Shown here piece after piece: positions 12,993-26,029 of a stretch of 64,000 nt of DNA. Numbering within the stretch: the first letter of the stretch is position 1; every line of letters starts with the position of its first letter. A program made the position numbers and the translations under genes. This stretch comes from Phoronis australis (Eukaryota; Animalia; Phoronida): contig NMRA01000193.1 in NCBI GenBank assembly GCA_002633005.1, positions 66,641-130,640 on the forward strand, written 5' to 3'. The notes under the pieces are model-generated. The model did no database searches and was not told the DNA's origin. It saw nothing but the letters and a program-made list of their open reading frames with translations.

Positions 12993-13675
12993 GTAAGTTG
13001 CACTTCACATAATTGACTGGAGTAACGCCCACACACAATAAAACATTGTGATGATTTTAGTTTCAATATTTGAGCACTAAAGAGTTAAACGTAGAGGCCT
13101 TTTTTGCTTTTTCAAAGGTAATACCAATATTTTAAAAAGTGCTCCGTATTTTCCATTACTTTCTTTCGACAGTTGCAACGCCACAGTGCCGGGACTGGTC
13201 GGTCGGATTTAAGCACAGCAAACGCATCCCAACACTCTTCAACGTTGTCTATAACCATCTAACATTTTTGCTTTCAAAATCTGCTCTGTCCAATATTGTT
13301 TGTAGCGGTCATTGCATACAATACCAATGTTTGTACCGTATTCTTGTACTGGCGCGAGACTGGGCAAAAAGGCTACTTCACGTATCTTTGGACTTGCCTA
13401 CGTTTGAATGACTAAACGATAGGACATTCGTCTTATGCTTTAGAATAATTGGTAGGACCGTCCGAGTAACCAGAATCGTCACCCTGAATAACACATCCTC
13501 TGAAGTGGGATTTAATACTAAAAACAAGTTTCAATTCATGAAATGGGCCGCTTTAGACCCATGTGTATCCCGGCCAAGTGTGAAGGCGGAGTATTCTAAT
13601 ATTTTGCAAATGTTTTTCAGCAAAATCGATCTTAAAGAAGGAAAAACCAATGCTACATTTCCTTTCTGTTTACAG

Positions 13676-13795
13676 CCTTGATATACGGATGCCAATTCTG
13701 TGGTGTGCGGTTCAGTAACAGTGATACACTAGAGGCCCACCAGACCTATTATTGCGCAGGCGCTAAGTCGATATTGTCCGAAAAAGAATCAGAAG
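13676..13795 (+). CDS. ZFPM: FOG/ZFPM exon encoding the first CCHC FOG-type zinc finger (absent from the ORF track)
   Basis: tttacAG acceptor and AAG|GTGAG donor, phase 1/1. Translates PLIYGCQFCGVRFSNSDTLEAHQTYYCAGAKSILSEKESE, a C-x2-C-x12-H-x4-C finger typical of FOG proteins. Confidence 0.92.
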
Positions 13796-14538
13796 GTGAG
13801 AAACGTTCCAATTCTCTGGCATATGCTCTAACCTGGTAACGGAGACCGAGTTAGAGACATTTTAATGTTGAGGGTCACTTCACGTCTGTTTTTTTCTGTA
13901 TGAAAAGCATGCTGCAGGACCACCAACTTGTGAGGTGTAATTCATACTTTTATTTAATGTGTCATTTGGCACAGTATGGGAAAACAATAATGGCTGAATG
14001 GCGTCTGCCAGCTTGCAGTATAAAAACGCCAAACGTTTCGGCTTACATAATTCAGATTTCAATTTTGAACCGTATATGTGTGCAAAGTCGTTTCAAAACG
14101 AAATCTCCATTTGGTTGCTGGTCTACAACGAGGCAACACTGTCATACAACATTGTGTTTGGAGGAAACAGTTTATTTTTATTGCAGATAAAAGGCATCTT
14201 CATCACTGTAGGATCTTGGATGTTGCGACGGAGCGGCGACCACAATTTCTAAGGAAAAAACGTCACGATAGCCCTAAAAACGGCACGCCGGTGCCCTTTT
14301 TGTGGTCAAGGCCGAGGAGACGAGCTCCCATCTAAAATCTGCCTGTGATTCATCACATTTCATTGCACAACATTATTTAATGCATCCTCGTCTTGAAAAG
14401 TCGCGAACATTGTCTTGACGTTTTCATTCTTAATGAAAACTATATGTTCCCGCCGGATCAATGATTAATTCACCTAACGATGCCCATATAAATAAGTGAG
14501 CAAAAACGATACGTCATGTACTCTTTCCTTACATTTAG

Positions 14539-17267
14539 GTGATAGACTCGAAGAAGTCGAAACAACGAAAGAGAGAGAGAAGGAAGAAGAAAAAGAAGTT
14601 CAACGAGGTCTACAAGAAGCCACGTTAAATATAAAAGAGGAGCGTCCGGCGTCGGAGTATGACAGAATGACTGAAGAGAGATTGGAGGCGACTGTGCAGG
14701 CGAATCTACACAACGCGTTGAAAAGCAAACAAATGAAACGGGAGCTGGAGTTTGCTGAACCAGATGAGGAACTTAGAGGTGCCGAACTGGAACTTCAGCC
14801 ACCGGAAAAGAAATCGGCGAAAGTACGTGTTCAACACCAATGTCAGCTTTGTAGTTATACGTCCGGTAGACTATCGGCCATGAGGAGGCACATCTGCAGC
14901 CAACATCCTCAACTAAATGAGGATGAAAACACTCTTGACCCGGCATACTGCAGAGAGTGTGAAATTCAGTTCTCCTCTGTGAAGACGCTGTTGGCTCACA
15001 AAGAGTTCTATTGTGAGCGGCGACAACAGGAGAAAAACAGAGGCAGTCAGAGCGTGGATACGTGCAGCACTTCGAGCGCATCTCAGTCCCCTCTTGGCAC
15101 GCAGGTTTCGCCTCGTCTGTTGCCTGGTAACGTGTCTGCTAACGTCACGACGACAATTGTGGAAGCAGCGTCGCAACATCTTGTAGCGGGTGGTCCGATT
15201 TCACCCTCGGTATCAATGCCTGTTGACGGTTCCAACATCCATACCCAGGTTATCATCGCCGCTCCCGTCGTATCGCCCGATGGAAGGACAAACGTGACCT
15301 TGGCAGTTCCAACTGTCATCATGCAGCCTATAATTGCGGCTCCAAACATGATACAGGCTCATCAAAACTCGACGACTGCCATTATGTCTCGAGCAACTAA
15401 AAGCAATTCAAGCGTCCAAGACGTGCCACTGGACTTAAGCATGAAAAATAAACCCGTCAGTTTTGGACGAGATTCGAGAAAAGATCACGCGAGTCCTGTC
15501 TGTCGTTCAGTACCAGCACCGGCAGAAACGTTGACCAAGTCTTTGCCTCAGGGTGTAAGCAAATGCATGGAGTGCAACATAGTGTTTTACAAGCACGAAA
15601 ATTATCTGATACACAAAGAACATTACTGTTCCAGCAGGCACCAGCGCCTTTCCAGCGAAGCAGCCACTACAGAATATAGCTATGCTGTGACATCAGGGAT
15701 AGCCGCTCCAAACAACGGCTCGCAACCGAATCCAAATAGTCGGGTGGAACACAACGACCGGCCTTTGAGCACTCCGAACAATAACGATGCCGCTTCTCAG
15801 AAGCTTTTGCAACACCTGTCCGTATTGCGGTTCGCCTGTGTACCCTGCAATATTCGCTTCAGTACGAGCAGGACATTGATGGCACACACGCAACACTACT
15901 GCCCACATAGTGTTCCCAGAACACACGACGGCATTGGCATTGATGATCATTCAGTGGACTCTATGCAACCGGAGCAACCGGAAGGATTCGATTGCCAGAG
16001 TTGCAAAAAGATTTTTCCGTCGATGAGACTCCTTCGAATGCATTCGTGCAATAGGCTTGCTCAGCAGACGTCTACACTCAGATGCGGGTACTGCGACTAC
16101 ATTGCTTCTTCGGAAAGTAGGCTGAGTGAACATTTGAAAATTCATGCGCCACAGAGAATTTATAAGTGCACTGTGTGTGGTTACCGTGGTAACACAATAC
16201 GTGGAATGCGTATGCATGGAAAAATGCACGTGGATAGTGGTGAATCTTTCACAGATGACAATATCGTCTGCTTCGAGGAACCACCCGTGTTACCGATAAA
16301 TGAATGCATTGAAAGAAACCAGCAACAAACTGAGTTATCAGAAAATGACTTGATTAGGCTGAAGAACGAGCCTTATAAACGAAGACGATCACGGAAGTCC
16401 TTTGAAAAATCTGAGCATATGACACCGCGCAAAATTTTTACGTGCGAACACTGTAACACGGACTTCACTGACAAAGGGAGATACAAACTCCATCTGCTGG
16501 CGCATTCTGAGGACAGAACCGACCTCGTGCAAGAACTGCGAGGTCCCAATTCCTCTCTGGCTAATCGTTTGCAAAACGACAAATTGGCCGCGAAGTCAAA
16601 AGGATCAGAACACATCAAGAACATGCTGTTTAGTAAGCCTGAGGCGAATGAAGCAATACAATCGTCTTCTTCAGGCACATTGCCTGATCAGGAAAACGTA
16701 ATTCCTACTTCGATGTCAAACGACTCAAGAAAAGTGTGCCTGAAAATACCTATGCAGTCCCGGAGTCCATCTGGGTGTAATGGCGACGATGATTCGTTTG
16801 TCGTTTCTGTGAAGGAAGAGCCAGTAGATGCAGATGAGCACGCGCGCGTGACTCCCCTTGGGAACGGTTGCAATTATCGTGAACCCGTGGACAGAGCAGT
16901 TCAAAGTGTTAAAGTGCATCCAGGGGTTATCCATCTTCCTGCTATGGGTGGCGCTCATTCTGTGATTCCGAAAAATGACTTGTTGAGTGAACGCGTATGT
17001 AAAAATGACGCCGAGCAAGTAGTCGGAAATGAAACAGAAACCAATGCCAGTTTGGACAGTGACACTGTGCGTTTAATCGATCCTGGGGATTTGGGTGGGC
17101 GATTCTGTCAGAAGTGCAATATTAGTTTCAGGTATTTTGCCAGCTACGTTGCTCATAAGAAATACTATTGCGACTCGCATCCACCCGGAAATCACGTGTC
17201 GTCATCGATTCACCTTCCCATTGAGTATCAACACGTAGAAACTGTTGTTAAATCAGAGTATCCGTGA
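14539..17267 (+). CDS. ZFPM: FOG/ZFPM (U-shaped-like) large terminal coding exon with nine zinc fingers and a CtBP motif
   Basis: tttAG acceptor at 14537-14538, in frame with the 923-aa ORF. CCHC fingers (CRECEIQF..HKEFYC, CMECNIVF..HKEHYC, CVPCNIRF..HTQHYC, CQKCNISF..HKKYYC), one shorter C2HC and four C2H2 fingers, PLDLS CtBP-binding motif and basic PYKRRR segment. Confidence 0.93.
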
Positions 17268-17591
17268 CTTGCTGTTGCCAATATCGTGACATTTCATTTC
17301 ACCTTGTTCTACTGAACTTGTGTTCTATCGGATCATTTATTCTACGTAATTGGTCTTTATAGATAGCGATAGACCTCGATACACAAAGGATTTTTGGAGA
17401 TCGTCCATACGAGCAGCAGGTAGCATCTAAGTTGAATCAACTGGCATCTTACCGGGAGATGATCACCTGTATGATACGAATTCTGTATTAGAGGAATCCT
17501 ATCTCACAAATCTATGGTCTGGTATGCACAAGCATCGATTTTCGCTGTCCGTGAAAAGATCAACAGAAGAAACGAGTGCATTATAAACATG

Positions 17592-17597
17592 AATAAA
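17592..17597 (+). promoter_or_regulatory. Candidate polyadenylation signal of the FOG gene
   Basis: AATAAA about 325 nt downstream of the stop codon; not verified. Confidence 0.35.
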
Positions 17598-18372
17598 ATT
17601 ATGCAGTAGACACTAATCAACACGTTGTATTTGCATGTCTTCCGTTGTCGTAATTTTCGGCAAGCCCTAAAATTACGAGAAACAGCACCTGCTACTGGTT
17701 GCGTTGCGTTCACTGGTGAAGTTTAGGCCTACAGCCAGCTATTTTCAAGGAATTGTACTGGCTTCTAGAGGGTCTCATCCGCTGGAATCAGGATTCTAAA
17801 CCCTGTTTATCTTACAACCAATGTCAACTGCTGGATCGCTTTTAAAAAGCTGTATTTTGCTCTAAATTAAGCCTTTTACTCTCATAAAATCGGTATCGTA
17901 ACATTCCTTACCCTGACAGGACCCTACTTCCATTACAAGAACATCGAAATCATCAGATACACAACTGAGAAAATGGCGCATGGGCACATTGCTTGTGACT
18001 TGAGCCGCGGACTCATTCAACAATTATCATGATTGAAGATTAGATGAACGCCTAAGGCCATTCCCCGTATTGTTAACTTAACTACAAGCCGGGAACTTCG
18101 GTGTTAACTGTGTATAATTCGGAAGTTAAGCGTGAATGTTGTAGTTCAGCGAATTTATGGCATGCTGGCGCTAATACGACCTTCACCTTTTGCAAGTATG
18201 GACGGTGCACTCTCAAACGTTCAGTGGTTTATTTTTAAGGAAATAACCCAGCATGCACACACATGGAAAAATTGATACAGAATGCTTGTACTGCCAAAAC
18301 AACAAATATTGGAACAAAATATTGACAAATATTAACCAGTTGGCGAACGCAGTGTCACCGGCCGATAGAACT

Positions 18373-19210
18373 CCGATGGCATCGAAGTTAAAAGCCATTC
18401 CAGGAGAAAATCAAAAGAAATCAAAAATCACTCTAGGGTTCATCTTCCAGATCTTGCTTAAACTTTGTGTATGTGATCATGGTATGGCTCTGATACAAAA
18501 ATCACCAATTTTCACTTATTGACGTCTTAGTTTTTGCACACCGAAAACACCTAATTTCCAAGATTGCATGCAATGAGAGAAAACACATAATGACATTAGG
18601 AAGTGGGACATAAGAACTACTAAATAAAATTGATATTAATGATTACAATGCATTCATCACGTGACAGGAGAGGTAAATCCGTAAGCACTTTTTGTAGTGT
18701 TGAAAGTGGATATCAATGAAGTGCTTCTACCATGCGCGCACCCAGGGGGGCTCGAACGAGCCCCCCCATTTGGCGAAGTGGGCAAAAAGGTCCACCTCAG
18801 AGAAACAAAAATCCGACAAAACGAGACGANCCGATGGCATCGAAGTTAAAAGCCATTCCAGGAGAAAATCAAAAGAAATCAAAAATCACTCTAGGGTTCA
18901 TCTTCCAGATCTTGCTTAAACTTTGTGTATGTGATCATGGTATGGCTCTGATACAAAAATCACCAATTTTCACTTATTGACGTCTTAGTTTTTGCACACC
19001 GAAAACACCTAATTTCCAAGATTGCATGCAATGAGAGAAAACACATAATGACATTAGGAAGTGGGACATAAGAACTACTAAATAAAATTGATATTAATGA
19101 TTACGATGCATTCATCACGTGACAGGAGAGGTAAATCCGTAAGCACTTTTTTGTAGTGTTGAAAGTGGATATCAATGAAGTGCTTCTACCATGCGCGCAC
19201 CCAGGGGGGC
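18373..19210 (+). repeat. ~380-bp direct duplication joined at a single N (18830); probable haplotype or contig-overlap artefact
   Basis: 18373-18751 is nearly identical to 18831-19210, and the second copy starts immediately after the N. Confidence 0.8.
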
Positions 19211-22047
19211 ACAGATCACAGTCCTGAAGTGCGGTATCCGTTTTTTTTTCTAGCCTCACGATTTTTTGTCAGCAAAAGGTCCACACCGACAGAAATTCGA
19301 GCCCCCCCCCATTTTCAAAGCTGGGTGCGCGTAAGCCAGTTTGCGGGGCCGCGGACATTGAAATTTATGTTTTTAGATAAATTTTGGATATGTGAACAAA
19401 TTTAAAAAAGTTTTTCGAATGGACTTATTTCATTTTGTGTTCTGAAAAAATGACCCAATGTTGCGTATTCTACATTTTTTAAAAGAATGTTTCGTTACAT
19501 TTAAAATGGTTTCAAGAAAGATAATTAATGGGAATCAACATTTAAGGGACCATAAAGCTGTCTGACATATCCATATTACCATTTGAGAGTGCATAACTGA
19601 CCGTGGGTCAGAGATTACACAGGCTCAAGTGATGACGTAATTGCCTGGTGCCAATACCCTAAACGGTTTTAAAAAATTCTTTTAAATTAAGGGTTCGAGA
19701 CTGTATGAAGCGGTCGAGCCGAAAATTATTTTTTTGACTTTAAAGACAAAAGCCTACATCAAAGGAAAGGCATCAATGTCTCAAATACAAAAATGAAAAA
19801 AATATCAAAATCGTACGGTGCATTCAAAATTTATCGCTATTTATATGTCAAATTTTGGCTATATTTCGGTCGGGTCGGCCATCTTGCGATGTCAGCAGCC
19901 GGGTTATGGACTTAAAGTGCTTAAACAATATTTTCACAAATATTCTGGCAGTAAAATTTAGTAATACATATCTTCACTTACCATTTTGTACAATCCAAGA
20001 GTCTACACCAGAATTTAAAGTCGCAGGTGTAACTTATTTGAGTGGTTAAAGTGCTCACAATTCCCGTTGGACAACATGGCGACTTTTCTGAACTGAAAGG
20101 CATTTTCAACCGGCTGCATTGTCATGGGTGAAGATTTAACCATAATACATTTGAAAATACACTGCTACAAAAAGCAGTTTTGTACAATTTTTTGGTGCTT
20201 GAGCCATAATATTATGAATCATTTAATTTATTTCAATGTTAAATGCCCATTCAATTGACCTTGCTTTCTCACTGCTAATATCTGTTGAAATTGTTCTGAA
20301 ATCGTTTTTTTTTGTTTGAAAGTCAACTTTTGTTCCAGGTATGATTATGTGTCACAACAGAACACATATTTTTCTAAATTCTATGCACAAAATGTGCTTT
20401 TGATTTATGTTTTGTAACTAGTTACTTTCCACTTCAAGATATATCAAAACAAAAAATGTGAAAAATCTTACTTGATTTACAGAAATGGGTTACATTTGGA
20501 TTATGAAGTGTAAAGCTTACTCAAATTCTTCTGTGTCATAGCTTCATATTATTTATTATCATGCTAGTCAACTTTCAGATATGGACAAAAACTTTTATGG
20601 TATTCAGTCGCCATGGTAACAATTATGCATGTCTACTTTCATACTTAACGTGAGCTTGGTTCACCCTGTATTGCTGAAAAGTACATTGAGTTCTAAGTTA
20701 CTTACTGTGGCAAAAGGCTGCTAGGATCATTTTAGTTTACGTATTAATTTGTAGTGACAAAATGAGATGTGGGTAGAATCGGTTAAACGATTGCCATCCT
20801 GTAAAACTGACAACACTCAGATTAAAGTGACTTTATATATATTACGTAATGATAACCAGGTAATAAGGTGGACGTTACCGAGGCACCAGTTAGCAGCTGA
20901 CGGAGGGGAGGGGGGGGGGCACCAGTTCGCAGCTAACGGAGGGGGGGAGGGCCCTTGTTAGATGCATGAACGGTTTCCAAAGTGCTAAAACTGCCATTGG
21001 TGTGGCAGCACAGGTTAGACTCATTCGAAAACATGCATGTAAATAATATTATTTTGACTAAATTTGAAATTAAAAGTGGAAAACAAAAACGACGCTAAAG
21101 TGCAGCACGTAAACGACGTTTCGATTTTAATCAAAAGTCATCCACAGGTACAATAGTAGACAGAAAACAAAATATCGTAATAGAATTAGATTAATATTGA
21201 AACGTCGTTCTCAAACATACATGTGCCATCGTTTCCTGGAAACGTTTTGGCCAAATTTCATGAAATTCCACCAAAGAAATCTACTTATAGAAATTGCCAC
21301 CAGGGGGCAGTAGTAGTCAAAGTATCTAAAAATTGACGTCGACTGATTTGATCACCATAACATATTTGCAAAAATTAATGAAGCCCCTGTATGAGGTTTA
21401 TGAGATACAGCTACACACTGCCCGCAGTCAGGCACCGTGATGCTATGTCTTTTCTATCGGCTGTTGCTTAAAAACAAACAAAAAGAACATAATTATTTTT
21501 ATTTTTTCTATTTTCTTAATCAGACAGCAAACTGATGAAAAAAATCATTGGAAATCACCAGCGCCCCACAAACTGACCCCCCCCCCNNNNNNNNNNNNNN
21601 NNNNNNNNNNNNNNNNNNNNNNNNNNNNNNNNNNNNNNNNNNNNNNNNNNNNNNNNNNNNNNNNNNNNNNNNNNNNNNNNNNNNNNNNNNNNNNNNNNNN
21701 NNNNNNNNNNNNNNNNNNNNNNNNNNNNNNNNNNNNNNNNNNNNNNNNNNNNNNNNNNNNNNNNNNNNNNNNNNNNNNNNNNNNNNNNNNNNNNNNNNNN
21801 NNNNNNNNNNNNNNNNNNNNNNNNNNNNNNNNNNNNNNNNNNNNNNNNNNNNNNNNNNNNNNNNNNNNNNNNNNNNNNNNNNNNNNNNNNNNNNNNNNNN
21901 NNNNNNNNNNNNNNNNNNNNNNNNNNNNNNNNNNNNNNNNNNNNNNNNNNNNNNNNNNNNNNNNNNNNNNNNNNNNNNNNNNNNNNNNNNNNNNNNNNNN
22001 NNNNNNNNNNNNNNNNNNNNNNNNNNNNNNNNNNNNNNNNNNNNNNN

Positions 22048-22147
22048 CTCCCCCCATTCGGTGCTATGCGCATCTACAATCGTACTTTGAGCAAATGTTT
22101 ACAGACGAAATGTTGGCCCCCCTTGTGATATCCTAGATCCGCCACTG
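22048..22147 (+). mobile_element. Right end of a MITE of the same family as 50314-51312
   Basis: CCCCATTCGGTGCTAT.CGCATCTACA...CCCCTTGTGATATCCTAGATCCGCC.CTG is shared with ~51200-51312; the left part lies in a gap. Confidence 0.7.
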
Positions 22148-23286
22148 AGGATGTATGTACACACAATTTTTTTCGATATCTGAGTCGGTGACTCTAGAGT
22201 CGACCTTTCGGTGCTCTCGTGGAATGACAGTTAAGTGTTCTCATTATACGGAAGCCGGCGTCGACGCTTCAGTATTACCGCGGTGGTAAAGGCCTTTTAA
22301 AGTGTTTAATTCCCAAAGCGCTTCGGTTAATATTTCAACATTGACAGCTTAACACTCGGTGAAATACAACTTAAAGTCTTTGAATGTTCTATTATCATCT
22401 TCAACCTTTAAACGTTTGAAAAGACTAGAAACTCTTTACCTGATCTTCTAAAATCGGCAACTGCGGCGTCTGCAAGGAAAGACCGGCCACCTCGAAACAT
22501 AGGACACACTTTGTGGGAAGTACGAATTGTTCGGTAGCCTATCAGTTGGCATGATCAGTTTTTGCGTAAACTCACCAGAACAGGGTGTAGTTTCTTTATA
22601 GCTTAAAAACACACTTCCCCGTTTTCTCCAAGTTAAAACAAAGCGTAGGTCTCTTCAATTGTAAGATAGTTCTAAATACGGTACACTTCGAAAATAGAAC
22701 TGAGGACCATTTCGCCGATGTTCAGTTATAATCAATGTTAGAATTTATGGGAGCTAACATAAATTCTGGTTCATTCCAGTTGCAGCAGTTACTGAGAGTT
22801 ACACTTGTACTTCAAAAATCGCAGAAAACTCTGTTTACGGTTTGAGCACCTTCAAAGCTGTAAAACTTGCTGATAATCAGTTTGAGTGACCCAACCATAA
22901 AAATTAATCTTTCCCGAAAGTCCGTTCTTCGTGTGCACAGCAAGTATCGCTCAAATAAAACAACTCCCCCTGACAATTGATTCCATCATGGGAACCTCCT
23001 TACAAGAGCGCCCCCTTGAGATGAAAGGATTTAATTAAAAGTAAGAAAAGCTTGGTTATGGATCCCATCCGGCATCGCGCCCCTCCGAGACTGTAAATAT
23101 GGATGTTCTCCAAAAGAGCAAATCCAGCACTGCTAGTTGACAAATGTTTTCTTTTTGAATTTTAAAATTTAAAGGTTCACTATGTCCATTTTTTAAATTG
23201 CTTTGGAATTTTGTGGGGAAAGTGGAAACTATACATTTTTGGAAACGTCATGGAATGATGAATTAGAAAATAATTGATTACATTTT

Positions 23287-23545
23287 TGGTGGCCATCTTG
23301 GATTTTCAAAAATGTCGCTGGTAAAATAGATTTTACCCAATATCTTCGCCCTTGGGTCACTTAGAATTTTAGTTTTTATGGCTACACCTGCATTTCTGAG
23401 GTTAATGAATTGGAAATTTTCATTTTATTGGTGGCCATCTTGGAATTTCAAAAATGGTGCTCATAAAATACATTTTGTTCAGTATCTCTGCTCTTGGGTC
23501 ACTTAGAATGTTAGTTTTTATGGCTGCACTCACATTTTGTGGGGT
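23287..23545 (+). repeat. Two ~140-bp tandem units, likely a transposon subterminal region
   Basis: GGTGGCCATCTTGGA.TTTCAAAAATG...CTTGGGTCACTTAGAAT.TTAGTTTTTATGGCT occurs twice. Confidence 0.7.
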
Positions 23546-23759
23546 AAGGAATTGAAAAACATTATTCCTAAAATGATACATATAATCTAAGGCATTTTAA
23601 TTGCAGCTACGAACCCCCAGAATATTTAAAAGAACCACAGAAACGCAGATTAACCTCTATTTACAGTATATCTTTTTGAAAAGACATTTGAGACATAATT
23701 TTTGAAGATTTCGATATTTTTTCCCGTTTACTTTCGAATCCGACTCTCCTCTAGTCAAT

Positions 23760-25370
23760 GGAAATACATTTTGCGTTTGACAATCGGATGGCAGATGACG
23801 TTGGCAGTAACCAGGCTGAGGATCAACGACGAGAACAACAGGACTTGTAGCTGATCTCTACAAGACAGTCTCTCACTGAGTTTGGTGCCTTATCACTACT
23901 TCCATAGGTGGCCCATGAGTGGTCGACCCCGCTAACAGCTCATTATGCAGACGAGCCAGTTGAGGAGGCTGATTGTGACATGTGTCTATACTAGAGGGTT
24001 GTGCAGCTCCTAGATACCAGACCTGAACGTAAGCAAACAGTGACCCCAAGACTTGGAGAATTGCATATTGTAAAGGAACCTCTGAGAGCTCTTCAGACGT
24101 CCACGGAGAATTCTGGCATAGATGATGCCTTGATAGAAGCCGACGTGTTTGGCACAGCAACAACTAGACAGATTATAAAGTGCAGTCACTACAAGCGCAC
24201 TCTCCGAGCCCACATATACAACGATGTTTGAGAGTCCCAGAGGAATTCTTTAAAGAAACCTGCAGTTAGAAGCCATCTGCTGTGAGGCTGTAAAATCAGC
24301 AGTAACAGCCTGGTCAGAGAAAAACAAGACCAGAAAGGCCGAGAGCACAAAGCAAGCTCACCACAATTTCCTTGAATCTATGACAATTTCCGAGAAGCTG
24401 GAAACGTTCAGGGAATGGGAGGCCGACAGATCCGCTAATGCCATATGTTTAACTCCATTAAGAACTCTCTACATCGAGTCGAAACCACCCTGCTATTTGT
24501 GACAGCATCTCGAAATGCTGACCTAACTCTGCATCTCCAGACTGCTGTTACAATGAGCAAGATCTTCTTTGCTTTTGATCACATCAAGTACAAAAGACTC
24601 TCGCCCACATACATTGCTGATATATCCAACAATGCCATTGCCAGGCTGATATTTTCATGGCATCTCCAGAGCTGTCCTGTCTGTCCAGAGATATCAAGAA
24701 TCAGTTCAGCACCGAAGCAAGTATGAAGCAAGAGCCCCCTGACCTATCAGATCAAGAGGGATCACGATGCCAGGGACAATATTAAAAGTGTCATACTCAG
24801 CCATGGCAATCCAACTACAGTGCAGGGTGACCAGTTGTACAACATAATCACACATGCTTATATCCCACAAGAACGTGACCCAAAGATCTAGCTGATGACA
24901 CGGTCAGGCACTGCACGAAGATTATGTCGCTAAGAGAATCGATGAAGATGAGAGACTTTGGTCATCAGCCAAAAAGGTGAACAATAAGATGTTCATGTCA
25001 GAACACAAGAAGGCAGTCATGAAATTCCGTGACAACACCAGAAATCTCAAGGAGAACGAGGACGTGTATGGCAGGTTGCTGGTACTTGTCAAGTCAAATA
25101 GACAAATCGACCAGAAACATGGTATCAGCCACTATGAATTCACCCTAACAGCAAGAGCATTCTTTGCTGCCAGTGGGGCAATGCTGCCATGCACAGACAA
25201 GGCGAAGCTAATCCACCTGATGCAGAATCTTTCTGAAGCAGACATCTTAGAACATGACAGTGGTGGAAGAGAGGTTTTACATCCAGAAACTTGTAAACGA
25301 CATCCACTGAGCGTGTTCTCCCAAGCCACAAAACTGCACTTGTAGATAGTATGGAAGTGATGTTCGAGAT
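23760..25370 (+). pseudogene. Decayed DNA-transposon coding region, Academ-like by inference
   Basis: Frameshifted, stop-riddled fragments: RLGELHIV..LRA..ENSGIDDALIEADVFG..T.RQIIKCSHYKRTLRAH, FVTASRNADLTLHL..IFFAFDHIKYKR..P.YIAD, LKENEDVYGRLLVL..YEFTLT.RAFFA.SG.MLPCTDKAKLIH. I recall these motifs from large invertebrate transposases; the superfamily is unverified. Confidence 0.65.
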
Positions 25371-25754
25371 TGTGACGAGATCATTCTGGTTTTTTACACC
25401 GGAAAAGACAACTCTCTGTTTGATCACCTTCACCCGAATCTGTCGGACGCCACAAAGGTTTAGTGCCGGACGCCGGCAACTTACTGGTTGGAATGATTGT
25501 TGGAGCATTACAAAAAATTAAAGAAATTAAAATCAAAGATGCATCTGCCATGCTTAGCTGGCTAGGCCTTTTACACTCATAAAATCGGTCTCATGATTTT
25601 CCTTACCTCGTAAGTCATGACATATACTCGTTGCCGATTGATCACAAAATATTGGAATCAATTGCCTCTCGTTTCCTGTTTATATGAAGTCGTACAACCT
25701 CTAATGAGTAAAGAAGGTCATTTCTTGAAGAATCACCACTATTTACTGTCACTC

Positions 25755-25840
25755 TTTTTTTTGTTTTTTAATAATAATTATAGCTTTTTATGTTAAGAAG
25801 CCTCTCTTCAGAGGGTGGGGACCTCTCTTAGGGCGGTCCT
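25755..25840 (-). mobile_element. Probable 3' tail of a SINE/LINE
   Basis: On -, a GC-rich segment is followed by ATAATTATTATTAAAAAAC-A-rich tail. Confidence 0.35.
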
Positions 25841-26029
25841 TGACATCAGGACGACAGCTTAGACAGTATACTTTCTTCTGTGAATTGCATTCGAATACAA
25901 GCAATAAATCACATTTGAAAATCTGAGCGAGTTAATTGTACATAAATCTTATAATTAATATGCGACAGTCTATTTCCAATGATTGTCTTATGCACGGTTA
26001 CAAAGTAAGATATATTTAGCTTAGAAAAA

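Noticed and set aside
14496-14538. N-terminus of the 923-aa ORF (GTG start) as the real protein start
   Set aside because: It is intronic: a polypyrimidine tract and AG at 14537-14538 join in phase to the upstream zinc-finger exon.
14773-17018. Several minus-strand ORFs overlapping the FOG exon
   Set aside because: Antisense shadows of a coding exon, with no recognisable domains.
21545-22090. Long ORFs spanning N runs (also 713-1040, 34669-35493, 53565-54078)
   Set aside because: Artefacts of assembly gaps that contain no stop codons.
25755-25780. A-rich tract on - as the poly(A) scar of a DUF885 retrocopy
   Set aside because: It directly follows a segment that looks like a SINE/LINE 3' end, and I found no flanking TSD, so it cannot be attributed to the gene.
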